Shown: positions 17,975 through 27,490, counted from the stretch's first letter. The stretch is DNA of 64,000 nucleotides from Candidatus Omnitrophota bacterium (GCA_013203315.1 JABMQJ010000001.1:16382-80381); one strand, 5' to 3'. Notes: a model not told the origin generated them from the letters alone. A program made the numbers and translations.

Positions 17975-19405
17975 TTACCTTAATATTTTGATGAAGAATT
18001 TCATCATGGCTTTAAACCAACCCGAAGACATGACCGACATATAACGCTGGTCAGCGGAACTTTTAACAACTTGAGACAATGTCGGATATATGTGTATAGA
18101 TGAGCTTAATTTATCAATGCTTAGCTTTGCCGACTTGGCAAGCACATATTCATGTATGAGCTCTCCTGCATTTGCCCCTACTATGTGCGCGCCAAGGATC
18201 TTGCCTTTCTTATCGCAAATAACCTTAGCCATCCCCTCCTTTTGGAGATCCGTAACAGCCCTATCGTTTGCGCTATATTGGGATCTGTATACATTTACAT
18301 TCTTATATTGCGAGCGCGCCTCAACTTCGGTAAGCCCGAGGTGCGCAAGTTCGGGTTCTGTAAATGTGCACCAGGGCACAGCGCCATAGTCGACCGCTCG
18401 CTTGAAAGGAAGAAGCGCGTTACCCAGGGCAATAATTGCCTGGTATTCTGCGATGTGGCTAAATTGATACGGCCCTACAATATCTCCGGCTGCGTATATA
18501 TTTGGAGCGTCTGTTTTTAACGTCTTATCTGCCTCTATACCTTTATTACTATACTTAACTCCGGCTTTTTCCAAGTCAAGGCCCCGAACGTTAGCAGATC
18601 TGCCAACCGCGACAAGAACCCTTTCAGAGGTAACCGTGGAAAGTTTTTTATCTTTGTCTTCGATGGTTACGGTAACGCTTTGTCTGTTTTTACTGAACTT
18701 AACCGCTTTTTTACCTGCATAAATTTTCACGCCGTCTTTTACGAGGTTTTCGCGTAGTACCCGGGCAAGTTCCTCGTCTTCCCTGAAAAGTATCCTGTCA
18801 AACATCTCTACGATCGAAACCTTAACGCCGAGCCTCGCAAGCGCCTGGGATAGCTCTATGCCGATGGGGCCTCCGCCAAGAACCGTTATCGATTCCGGGA
18901 GCGCTTCCAGATCGAAGATGTTTTCATTGGTAAGATAGTCGATGTCTTTGAGGCCCTCTATGGGTGGGACCATTGGATGCGAACCCGTGCATATGATAAA
19001 TCTCTTTGCGGACATGCGCTTACCGTCTAATAATATGGTTTTATTATCAACGAATTTGGGAGCCCCGAAAAGTACCTTTATGCCTTTTTTTTCAAAAACA
19101 CCGGCGGGATGGTGAGAGCTTATTTCCTTTATAATACTTCTTACGTGCGGCATTACGTTGTCGGTGTCAAATTTTGCGCCTTGTGCGGAGGATATTCCGT
19201 ATTTGTCCGAGTGCTTAAGCAGCGAAAAAACCTGAGATGACTTTAAGAGCGCTTTAGAGGGAATACATCCGTACCACGTACAGTCGCCACCCAGTTTATT
19301 CTTCTCAATAAGGGCCGTCTTAGCACCCATCATGGCTCCACCCGTAGCTGCCACTAGGCCCGCCGCTCCGCCGCCTATAACGATTAGATCGTAATCAGGT
19401 TTCAT
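17975..19405 (-). CDS. class I pyridine nucleotide-disulfide oxidoreductase (dihydrolipoamide dehydrogenase / MerA-like)
   Basis: Motifs DLIVIGGGAAG and GGDCTWYGCIPSK (redox-active CxxxxC), plus a dimerisation domain. Confidence 0.8.
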   Translation of the reverse strand: MKPDYDLIVIGGGAAGLVAATGGAMMGAKTALIEKNKLGGDCTWYGCIPSKALLKSSQVFSLLKHSDKYGISSAQGAKFDTDNVMPHVRSIIKEISSHHPAGVFEKKGIKVLFGAPKFVDNKTILLDGKRMSAKRFIICTGSHPMVPPIEGLKDIDYLTNENIFDLEALPESITVLGGGPIGIELSQALARLGVKVSIVEMFDRILFREDEELARVLRENLVKDGVKIYAGKKAVKFSKNRQSVTVTIEDKDKKLSTVTSERVLVAVGRSANVRGLDLEKAGVKYSNKGIEADKTLKTDAPNIYAAGDIVGPYQFSHIAEYQAIIALGNALLPFKRAVDYGAVPWCTFTEPELAHLGLTEVEARSQYKNVNVYRSQYSANDRAVTDLQKEGMAKVICDKKGKILGAHIVGANAGELIHEYVLAKSAKLSIDKLSSSIHIYPTLSQVVKSSADQRYMSVMSSGWFKAMMKFFIKILR

Positions 19406-19420
19406 CTATTTTTCTTTCCT

Positions 19421-19599
19421 CATTGCGGCTTCATCTGAGTTTTTAAATAATTATAGCACTTTTTGCATATTCCATCTTCCTCTTTCCAATCAGGGTGTTT
19501 CTTTTTTATTTCGTTAATGATGTGCTCTTCGGTGTGCGGTATAATAACGAGTAATTCTCTGGGAAGTGATTTCCCGCATGTAGGGCAAGTAAATTCCAT
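19421..19599 (-). CDS. small Cys4 zinc-ribbon protein
   Basis: Hand translation: MEFTCPTCGKSLPRELLVIIPHTEEHIINEIKKKHPDWKEEDGICKKCYNYLKTQMKPQ. It has a strong SD (GAGGAGGAC ATG). Under the ORF track cutoff. Confidence 0.4.
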
Positions 19600-19611
19600 A
19601 ATGTCCTCCTC

Positions 19612-20295
19612 TTATTTTTTGTTTCGTTTTTTAACACGCGTGTAAATTAAAGGTATTGCTATAATAAGAATAAGTAAACCAAGCGCAACCAAAAACTCCG
19701 TAGAAAGTAAATCTTTAAGGTTTTTTACTTCGCCGAGCGTTCCCCCGAAAAACGCGGATATTACAACCCCCGGGATAATGCCTAAAAACGTCGCCAAAAA
19801 ATAATCTTTTAATTTTATCTTTGAAAGCCCACAGGCGTAGTTTAATACTTCGTAGGGCACTATCGGGATAAGTCTGAAGAGAAGAACTGTTACGAACCCC
19901 TTTCTTTCCAGGAGCTCGTTCAGTTTTTTACCCTTGCCCTTAAGTATCCTGTCAACCAGGCTCCTTCCGAAGAATCGCGATATGAAAAAGGTGGAAGTTG
20001 TTCCGAGCATAGCACCTGTCATTAAATACACGGCACCCCAGACTTTACCGAAGGCAAGGCCTGCCGTAAGTGAAAGTAGGGCTATCGGCGGGATGATCGA
20101 AATCGTATTCAAGGCATATGCTATTATGTATATGACAGCGGCAAGGGTTCCGAAACCCTGTATGTAATCCCTTATGCTTGAGGGCGTGAGAGACTCCAGG
20201 TTGAGGCACTGGCATTTTACTATCCACCAGATACCTGCTACAAGTAAAACCCCTATGAGTACTTTAACTAAATTTTTAAGAATCTTCGTGTCCAT
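19612..20295 (-). CDS. TVP38/TMEM64 (DedA-family) membrane protein
   Basis: Motif FRLIPIVPYEVLNYACG is characteristic of DedA/SNARE-associated proteins. Confidence 0.75.
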   Translation of the reverse strand: MDTKILKNLVKVLIGVLLVAGIWWIVKCQCLNLESLTPSSIRDYIQGFGTLAAVIYIIAYALNTISIIPPIALLSLTAGLAFGKVWGAVYLMTGAMLGTTSTFFISRFFGRSLVDRILKGKGKKLNELLERKGFVTVLLFRLIPIVPYEVLNYACGLSKIKLKDYFLATFLGIIPGVVISAFFGGTLGEVKNLKDLLSTEFLVALGLLILIIAIPLIYTRVKKRNKK

Positions 20296-20915
20296 TTCGC
20301 CGATTTTTTATTTTTCTTTAGATCCCTAACAAGACGAAACAATTCAAGCGGTGTGTCAACATCATACCACTTATCCAAAAGAGCTACTTTTTTCTTAAGG
20401 CGCTTTGCCTTTTTAAGAGTGTCGCCCAACACCTCTTGAGAGCTCCATTTTATATTACTAAAGAGGGCACCACAAGGCTTTTTAAGTCCTATCAGGTAAT
20501 ACCCACCGTCACGGCTCGGCCCCAATACGAGGTCGTTTTTCTCGAGCTTGCGGAATGCTTTTTTAACGAGATCGGAAGGCAGGTTAGGGGCATCCGAACC
20601 GATAATAAGCGTTTTCGAATCCTCGTCTTTCGAGGCGTTCCTGAAAGCATTGTGCATTCTCCGGCCGAGATCTTTCCCCTTTTGCCTGTAGAATTTAAAG
20701 CGCGGCGCTATTTTTTTAAGGCTTCCGGGATTTTTTGATCTTGAATCATAAGCCATTATCCTCCGGTCGCATTTCACGCTTTTTGCAAGGTTCACGGTGT
20801 CTTTTAAAAAAGCCTTATATAAATCCACGCGATCCGTATCAGAGAGAAAGCTCGATAGTCTTGTTTTTATATCGTGTTTTTTCGGTTCTTTCGCGAAAAT
20901 GACTAAATTCTTCAT
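20268..20915 (-). CDS. DUF2064 family protein (TIGR04282-type; partner of a GT2)
   Basis: Motifs IFAKEPKKHDIKTRL and DGGYYLIG; paired with the upstream GT2 as in the TIGR04282/TIGR04283 gene pairs. Confidence 0.7.
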   Translation of the reverse strand: MKNLVIFAKEPKKHDIKTRLSSFLSDTDRVDLYKAFLKDTVNLAKSVKCDRRIMAYDSRSKNPGSLKKIAPRFKFYRQKGKDLGRRMHNAFRNASKDEDSKTLIIGSDAPNLPSDLVKKAFRKLEKNDLVLGPSRDGGYYLIGLKKPCGALFSNIKWSSQEVLGDTLKKAKRLKKKVALLDKWYDVDTPLELFRLVRDLKKNKKSAKWTRRFLKI

Positions 20916-21586
20916 CTCAAATCTTCATACAGATCTTTTATTTTATCAAGCGGGAATTTCAGGCAGTGTAATAACGTTACGTAATTATGTAGTAATATGG
21001 TGCTAAGCACTCCCTTTTTCTCCCATCTTCTCGGAGAAACGCTAACCTTGTTGCATAACACAACGGTTCTGCCTGACCTTCGCAACTTTCTAGTGAAAAG
21101 CACGTCCTCCATGATCGGGACTTCGGGGAAACCTTTAAGTTTTAAGAATTTATCTTTTTTTGTAAATATTGCCTGATCACCGTAAAAGACTTTAGTAGCC
21201 CTGGCTCTTAAGTTACCCTGCATTTCAAGTATCCTATATATCAGTCCTTTTCTATCTATCCTTTGCGTAAGGCAACCGCCTACACAACTGCTATTTTTTA
21301 ATCGTTTTTCAACGGCCGCGACTGTTCTGGGAGAAATTACATTATCGGCGTGTAAGAATAGGAGGATATTGCTTTCGGCGTGCCCTGCCCCACAATTCAT
21401 CTGGAGGGCACGGCCCTTGCCGGTGCGCACTACTTTGCCATAAACCTTAGCGACTTCTACACTTCTGTCAGAGCTACCGCCGTCTACAAAGATGAGCTCC
21501 GCTTTTTCGGCAAGCCTGCGAAACCCGGGCAGGTTCTTTGACAGGATCTTTTCTTCGTTATATATGGGAATAATTATGCTAACCAT
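20912..21586 (-). CDS. family 2 glycosyltransferase (TIGR04283-like)
   Basis: Motifs VSIIIPIYNEE and VDGGSSD. The ATG at ~21586 is preferred over the GTG at 21598. Confidence 0.75.
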   Translation of the reverse strand: MVSIIIPIYNEEKILSKNLPGFRRLAEKAELIFVDGGSSDRSVEVAKVYGKVVRTGKGRALQMNCGAGHAESNILLFLHADNVISPRTVAAVEKRLKNSSCVGGCLTQRIDRKGLIYRILEMQGNLRARATKVFYGDQAIFTKKDKFLKLKGFPEVPIMEDVLFTRKLRRSGRTVVLCNKVSVSPRRWEKKGVLSTILLHNYVTLLHCLKFPLDKIKDLYEDLR

Positions 21587-21655
21587 GTCCCCTAACACTT
21601 CGTGGGGACAGATCTCTCATCAAGCATGCTTAACAAGATGAGGAGATCCGTCCCC
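21587..21655 (-). promoter_or_regulatory. 5' leader alternative hairpins upstream of the GT2 gene
   Basis: A long inverted repeat, GGGGACGGATCTCCTCATC...GATGAGAGATCTGTCCCC, lies on the minus strand. Its 3' arm GTCCCC can instead pair with GGGGAC, which overlaps the GT2 SD and ATG. Confidence 0.4.
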
Positions 21656-21672
21656 ATATTTTTTCGGGCAGT

Positions 21673-21756
21673 TTAGAGTCTTACCCGGGACGATCTACTG
21701 CAGCCTTCGTCACAATGTGCTACAGGGCGTAACATGTACCTAATTGTAATTTGCAT
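21673..21756 (-). CDS. candidate leader peptide / uORF (27 aa)
   Basis: A strong SD (AAGGAGGGA) sits 7 nt upstream of ATG; peptide MQITIRYMLRPVAHCDEGCSRSSRVRL. It lies between the promoter at 21785-21814 and the leader hairpin. Confidence 0.3.
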   Translation of the reverse strand: MQITIRYMLRPVAHCDEGCSRSSRVRL

Positions 21757-21784
21757 CTTAATCCCTCCTTTTTAGTTCTGTATT

Positions 21785-21814
21785 AATGATACCTAATAGG
21801 TATCATTCTGTCAA
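21785..21814 (-). promoter_or_regulatory. promoter (TTGACA-17-TATCAT) with 11-1-11 perfect palindrome AATGATACCTA-A-TAGGTATCATT
   Basis: Minus strand reads CTCTTGACAgaatgatacctattaggTATCATtaat. The -35 overlaps the cusA stop codon. This is the same operator family as at 16967-16990. Confidence 0.5.
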
Positions 21815-24800
21815 GAGCTTTTTTTAAGCTCTTTCTCTTTCAGCCAGGCGTATAAGACCGGGACCAGTATTAGGTTGGCTAGGGTTGCGGTGACGAGTCC
21901 TCCTACAAGGGGCGATGCCATCGGCTTCATGACCTCAGAACCTGTCCCCGTCGATAGCATTACAGGCATTAGCGCTATGACTGTAGTCGTCGCGGTCATC
22001 ATTGCCGGTCTTAAACGTAATAGACAACCTTCGATTACTGTCTTACGTATGTCTTCTACTGTTTTCGGTAGTTTTTTCTTAAAGAGATTATCCAGTGTTG
22101 AAAGCAGTACGACCGCGTTGTCCGTGGCAACACCAAACAGGGCTATGAACCCTACCCATACGACAGTGGAAAATTTGAATCCCAGTAAGAATAAAAGTAT
22201 TACCCCTCCCGTAAGCGCTACGGGAATTCCCGTAGAGAGAATAAGAAGCGACTTAACGTTCCTAAACGCTATGTAGAGCAGGATCATGATTACGCCCAGG
22301 CATATTAAAAGTGACGGGATAAGCCTTTTTCTTGATTCCATCTCTGACTCAAACTGGCCTGACCAGGAAACATAATATCCCGACGGAAGCTTTATTTCTC
22401 CTTTTTTAATCTTTTCATCCACGGCCCTTTGCGCATTTTTTACGAAGTCTATAAGACCTACCTTGTCCTGATCAACGTTCACAAAAATTCTCGCGTATGA
22501 AAGCGTATTTTCCGAGTTGATAACGGCGGGGCCGGGAACGCGTTTCAGTTCGGCTATCTGCGCCAGCGGAATATGCTCCCCGCCGGATGTAGGAATAAAA
22601 ATTCTCTTAAGCGCTTCCGGATTGTCGCGTAACTCACGCATGTATCTTACGCGAACCGGATAACGCTCTCTTCCTTCAACGGTTGTAGTAATATTCATGC
22701 CGCCTATCGCGGTCATGATGACATGTTGAATGTCCCGGACGTTTATGCCGTATCTTGCAGCGGCCTCTCTATCTATTTCAATTTCGAAATAGGGCCTGTT
22801 CGATATGCGTTCGGCATAGGGGCTCACCGCGCCTTTTACCTTGGATACGACAGCCTCTATCTCGGTTGCGATCTCGACTATTTTATTAAGGTCCGGCCCG
22901 AAAACCTTGATACCTACGGGTGTTTGTATACCCGTAGCTAACATGTCTATCCTATTCCTTATGGGCTGAGTCATTATCGGGCTTACACCGGGCATACGCG
23001 TTTTTTCCTGTATTTCCAGTATGAGTTTCTCGCGCGTCATGCCCCTTCGCCAGAATTTTTTGTCTTTAAGATTAATAATTGTCTCTATCATTGCTACAGG
23101 CGCCGGGTCTGTCGCGGTTTCCGCGCGGCCAAGCTTACCCACGACCTGCTTTACCTCATTTGGGAATTCCTTTTTAATGATGATATCCTGCGTTCTCATT
23201 ACATCCATTACCTGCGTGAGAGACGCCCCCGGCAGAAGAACGGGCATGAAAAGAAGGTCCCCTTCATTTAAAGGCGGCATGAATTCCTGTTTTATCATGG
23301 AAGCGAATATTCCGCCCAATAGCAAAAGCGCGACTGTTATTATTATAATTTTTTGCTTATTTTTTAACGCCCAGCTGATCGTGGGTAAATAGTGCTTACG
23401 AAGATTACGCGAAGTAGCATTTTTATCAGGGTCCTGCAATTTTCCCCTTAAAAAATAATAACAAAGCGTCGGAAGAAGCGTAAGCGCGATTACCGCGGCG
23501 CCCACCATGACAAATGTCTTCGTAAAGGCAAGCGGCCTGAAAAGCTTGCCTGCCTGTCCTGTCAGAACAAAAACCGGCAGAAACCCTACAATAGTCGTAA
23601 GAAGAGCGAAAAGAACGGGCTTCCCTACTTCCTTGGCGCCGTCTATGCAGACGTCGAGTCTTTCTTCGGGCGCGAGACTATTTGCGCCCTTTTCTTTTCT
23701 TCTATCTACAATTCTTCTATAAATGTTTTCAACCAGCACACAACCCGAATCAACCATTATGCCTATGGCGATGGCGATACCGCCAAGCGACATTATGTTG
23801 GCATCCACGCCAAAGAGGCGCATGAGAATAAATGCGATCAATATGCCTACGGGCAGGACGATCGCTATGGCAGCGCTTGCCAGGAAGTGCGCGAGAAATA
23901 CCAGGATAACAAATACTGTTATTATAATTTCCTGTATAAGAGCGGTCTTAAGCGTATCAATAGAGCGCATGATAAGCCCTGTTCTGTCATAAAACGGTAC
24001 TATTTTAACACCGGGAGGCAGGCCCACGGATAGCTCTTCGATTTTTTCCTTTATGTCCTTTATTACTTTAAGCGGATTCTCACCGTAACGCATGAGAATC
24101 ACACCGCCTGTTACCTCTTTTCCTTCCTTGTCAAGGGCGCCCCTCCTGAATTCAGGGCCGATTGTCACCGTGGCTATGTTTTTTACATAAATAGGGGTGC
24201 CATTTTTCTCATCAATTACTATGTTTTCTATGTCGTCTGTGTTTTTTATGAAACCGAGGCCCCTTACTACAAATTCGGTCCCGCCTTCTTCAAAGACCTT
24301 GGCCCCTACGTCAATATTGGAGGCTTCTACCGCTTTTATTACCTCGTGAATCCTGACGTCATGCGCGAGCAGCTTATTTGGGTCTACGTCTATTTGATAT
24401 TGCTTTACATGACCGCCTACTGAAGCGACTTCTGATACGCCCTTTACGGCATTAAGCTGATACCTTATATACCAGTCCTGGATCGAACGCAACTCATCCA
24501 GGCTGTGACCCTCGCCTTCAACCGTATACCAGAAAATCTGGCCGAGCGCCGTTGCGTCAGGCCCTAAAGTGACAGAGACATCACTCGGGATACCCCTTTT
24601 CGCAAAATCAAGCCTTTCTAAAACGCGTGTCCTGGCCCAGTAAAAATCTGTTCCGTCCTCAAAGATCATGTTTACCAGGCCAAAGCCAAAAGCTGACGTG
24701 GAACGTACAACTTTTATATTGGGCGTTCCCATGAGCCCTGTCGTCAAAGGATATATAACCTGGTCTTCCACATCTTTAGGGCTTCTGCCTGGCCAATCCG

Positions 24801-24951
24801 CATAAACTATTATCTGAAGCTCGCCTATATCCGGTATAGCGTCCACAGGGGTTTCGCGCATGGAGTGAAACCCCCAGATCATGAGTAGTATGAAAACTGC
24901 TATAACAAGAAACCGGTTCCTAAGACAGGCTTCGATAATTTTATTTATCAT
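21811..24951 (-). CDS. cusA: CusA/CzcA-family heavy-metal efflux RND transporter
   Basis: 1046 aa with 12 TM helices and large periplasmic loops; HME-RND family. Confidence 0.9.
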   Translation of the reverse strand: MINKIIEACLRNRFLVIAVFILLMIWGFHSMRETPVDAIPDIGELQIIVYADWPGRSPKDVEDQVIYPLTTGLMGTPNIKVVRSTSAFGFGLVNMIFEDGTDFYWARTRVLERLDFAKRGIPSDVSVTLGPDATALGQIFWYTVEGEGHSLDELRSIQDWYIRYQLNAVKGVSEVASVGGHVKQYQIDVDPNKLLAHDVRIHEVIKAVEASNIDVGAKVFEEGGTEFVVRGLGFIKNTDDIENIVIDEKNGTPIYVKNIATVTIGPEFRRGALDKEGKEVTGGVILMRYGENPLKVIKDIKEKIEELSVGLPPGVKIVPFYDRTGLIMRSIDTLKTALIQEIIITVFVILVFLAHFLASAAIAIVLPVGILIAFILMRLFGVDANIMSLGGIAIAIGIMVDSGCVLVENIYRRIVDRRKEKGANSLAPEERLDVCIDGAKEVGKPVLFALLTTIVGFLPVFVLTGQAGKLFRPLAFTKTFVMVGAAVIALTLLPTLCYYFLRGKLQDPDKNATSRNLRKHYLPTISWALKNKQKIIIITVALLLLGGIFASMIKQEFMPPLNEGDLLFMPVLLPGASLTQVMDVMRTQDIIIKKEFPNEVKQVVGKLGRAETATDPAPVAMIETIINLKDKKFWRRGMTREKLILEIQEKTRMPGVSPIMTQPIRNRIDMLATGIQTPVGIKVFGPDLNKIVEIATEIEAVVSKVKGAVSPYAERISNRPYFEIEIDREAAARYGINVRDIQHVIMTAIGGMNITTTVEGRERYPVRVRYMRELRDNPEALKRIFIPTSGGEHIPLAQIAELKRVPGPAVINSENTLSYARIFVNVDQDKVGLIDFVKNAQRAVDEKIKKGEIKLPSGYYVSWSGQFESEMESRKRLIPSLLICLGVIMILLYIAFRNVKSLLILSTGIPVALTGGVILLFLLGFKFSTVVWVGFIALFGVATDNAVVLLSTLDNLFKKKLPKTVEDIRKTVIEGCLLRLRPAMMTATTTVIALMPVMLSTGTGSEVMKPMASPLVGGLVTATLANLILVPVLYAWLKEKELKKSS

Positions 24952-24966
24952 GATACAACTCCTCGC

Positions 24967-26199
24967 CTAGTGCTGATGCACCGGCGGTTTCTTCTCTTCG
25001 GCGCCTATTGACCCGCCATAAGCTGAGGCAGCGACACCGCTAATTTGGCTCTGTGAATCAATAAGGAAATTGGCCTTGGTCACGACAAGCTCGCCTTCGA
25101 CGAGGCCCTTTAACACAGGATAGAACTTTCTTTCTCTGCCGTCCACCAGAGCTCTTGCTTCCGGGCCGATAACAACGAGTCGGCCTTCATATTTTCCGTC
25201 TCCTACTTCAAGCCACACGATCTTTCGCGTGCCGGTATCAAGCACAGCGCTCTTAGGAATAGCAAGAACCTCATGCTCTCCTTCGGCGCCCATGTACATT
25301 CCCATGATAACCAAATCAACGTACATCCCCGGTTTTAGTTTAAGATCTGCGTTTTCGACTTCGGCTCTGAATTTGATCGAACGCGTCTTGGAATTTAACA
25401 CAGGATCTATTGAAGATATAACGCCCTGAAATTCTTCGCCCGGGATACCGGCGGCTATAACCTTTACTTTTTCTCCGACTTTTATCCAGGCCAATTCGTA
25501 CTCGTATATATCCCCGTAAATCCACATCTTCTTTTCCGGTAAAATAAGATTCGTATGAACCTTTTTCGTCTTTTCCAATTCCTTTATCTGTTCGGCGCTT
25601 AGGCCAAGCAACTTTAGTTTTCTCCTTGAGGATTCCACTAAATTCGCGGTTCTTTCTTTAATCTCTGGTATATTGCCTTCAGATATTTTCTCAAGGGAGC
25701 GAACCGCGGAAATAAATTCCTCTTCTGCGATGGCAAGTTGCGGGTCATAGGCTACCTTGCCTACGGTGCGTAGCTCTTTGTAAAGATGAAGCTTCCCTAT
25801 TGGCTCTGCTTTGACACCGGCCAGACGAAGCTGGTCTCCTTTTATTTTGACGCTGCTCACAACACCTTTTAAGCTATCCGCTTCCGCTTTCGATATTTTT
25901 TTAAGATCCATGCCGCATATAGGGCAGGTCATGCCTTCTGCGTCCTTCATGAGAAAAACGTGTTCTGCCCCTTCCATGCCGCATCCGTAATAATTGAGGC
26001 TCTCTTCGGCTTCCTCTTTGTATACAGGAATAAGTTTCATGTTGCAAATAGGGCAATTCACGCTGCCTTTGTCATACTCCTCCGGAGACACCCTCACACT
26101 CGGATGCATGCCGCAGGTATAGTATTCAATATCGTCGGCCCCGGCGTAGGTAACAATGGATGCTAACAACATAATTACAATAATAATTCGATACTTCAT
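24967..26199 (-). CDS. cusB: RND efflux periplasmic adaptor (CusB-like) with N-terminal metal-binding repeats
   Basis: N-terminal repeats YYTCGMHPSV, CPICNM, YYGCGMEGAEH, CPICGM, followed by a membrane-fusion-protein beta-barrel domain. Confidence 0.8.
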   Translation of the reverse strand: MKYRIIIVIMLLASIVTYAGADDIEYYTCGMHPSVRVSPEEYDKGSVNCPICNMKLIPVYKEEAEESLNYYGCGMEGAEHVFLMKDAEGMTCPICGMDLKKISKAEADSLKGVVSSVKIKGDQLRLAGVKAEPIGKLHLYKELRTVGKVAYDPQLAIAEEEFISAVRSLEKISEGNIPEIKERTANLVESSRRKLKLLGLSAEQIKELEKTKKVHTNLILPEKKMWIYGDIYEYELAWIKVGEKVKVIAAGIPGEEFQGVISSIDPVLNSKTRSIKFRAEVENADLKLKPGMYVDLVIMGMYMGAEGEHEVLAIPKSAVLDTGTRKIVWLEVGDGKYEGRLVVIGPEARALVDGRERKFYPVLKGLVEGELVVTKANFLIDSQSQISGVAASAYGGSIGAEEKKPPVHQH

Positions 26200-26218
26200 T
26201 TTATTTTCCTCCCGGTCG

Positions 26219-27481
26219 TTATAAATCTCGGCCTACTACCCTTTCCAGATACGCGATTGATTTCTCGTAATCTACTATAGCCTTATAATAAGCGAGCTTT
26301 GTCTTAAGAAGCACTCTCTCGGAATCAAGCCAGTTTAAAAAGTCTACCTTGCCCGCTTCATAGGCTGTCTTAGCGGCATTGAATGCCTGCTCTGTCTGCG
26401 GGACAAGCGCTGTTTTATACAAACTTACGATCTCTTTGTAAGTGTTTATCTTATAATAAACATCCTCCACTTCATATATAACGTTATTTTTCACGTCCTC
26501 GAAGTTTTCCCTGCTCGCGCGCAAGGATGCGGATTTTTCTTTTAGCTCGGCCACCTGCTTATCAAGCCAGATTGGTATGTGAACGGCAAATGTTGTCATC
26601 CAGGCGTCCTGGCCGTCGTCCGGAAGGGTCGTAGTATCATCGCCTACCTGGATGTAATCAAAACCAAATGTGAAGTCCGGAAGAAAATTAAGCCCCGCTA
26701 AAGACTTCTCGTATTTGGCTCTTTCTATGTTAATATTCGCTGCGAGCAATTCCTGCCTGCTCGTGCCGGCCAGATTATGCAAACTGTCTAAGGTATAATT
26801 GAACTTATCTAACTCTATGTCTTTTACCTTCCCCATCATAACCACGTTAGGCCTGCTAAGCAACGCGTTCAACTTGGCGGCGAGGCTTTTTCTGTGCTGT
26901 CTTAATTTAAACAGCTTATCTATTAATTTTGAAATCTCAACCTGGGCCTTGATAACATCCTGCTGCGGCGCATGAGCTACCTCGAACTTTTTTCCCGCTA
27001 CCTTTTCAAGGTTACTTAAGACACCTTTCTCCTCCTCGGTTATGTCAATCGCCCTGTCCACCCAGAAAATATCATAATAGACAAACTTTACGTCTTTTAT
27101 AATTTCGCGCTTTGTGGCTTCGTACTTCTCCCTCAGCACATCAGCCTTTTTAAACTCTGCCCTACCCTTAAGATGGAGCTTCCCGGGAAAAGGAACGCTT
27201 TGCGATACGCCGTACTTATGCTTCTGCGGGCCCACCTTTGTTTCAACGCTTTCACCGAAATACGTATACCGCGCCGTAGGGTCCGGAAGCACCGAAACCT
27301 GCTTTATCCTATATGTTGCAGCCTTCCAATTCTCATACGCCGCCTGAACACGAGGATTATTGTCTATAGCCTCGTTTATAAGAGCATCGAGGTCGCCGCC
27401 AGGAACTCCTTCTGCATGGATGTGACCTGTGGCGCTTGCAACAAAAGCGACGATTATAAACACAGTAAAAAATAAACGCAT
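26219..27481 (-). CDS. TolC-family outer membrane efflux protein (CusC-like)
   Basis: Signal peptide plus two outer-membrane efflux protein (OEP) repeats; 420 aa. Confidence 0.8.
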   Translation of the reverse strand: MRLFFTVFIIVAFVASATGHIHAEGVPGGDLDALINEAIDNNPRVQAAYENWKAATYRIKQVSVLPDPTARYTYFGESVETKVGPQKHKYGVSQSVPFPGKLHLKGRAEFKKADVLREKYEATKREIIKDVKFVYYDIFWVDRAIDITEEEKGVLSNLEKVAGKKFEVAHAPQQDVIKAQVEISKLIDKLFKLRQHRKSLAAKLNALLSRPNVVMMGKVKDIELDKFNYTLDSLHNLAGTSRQELLAANINIERAKYEKSLAGLNFLPDFTFGFDYIQVGDDTTTLPDDGQDAWMTTFAVHIPIWLDKQVAELKEKSASLRASRENFEDVKNNVIYEVEDVYYKINTYKEIVSLYKTALVPQTEQAFNAAKTAYEAGKVDFLNWLDSERVLLKTKLAYYKAIVDYEKSIAYLERVVGRDL

Positions 27482-27490
27482 GGTACCACC

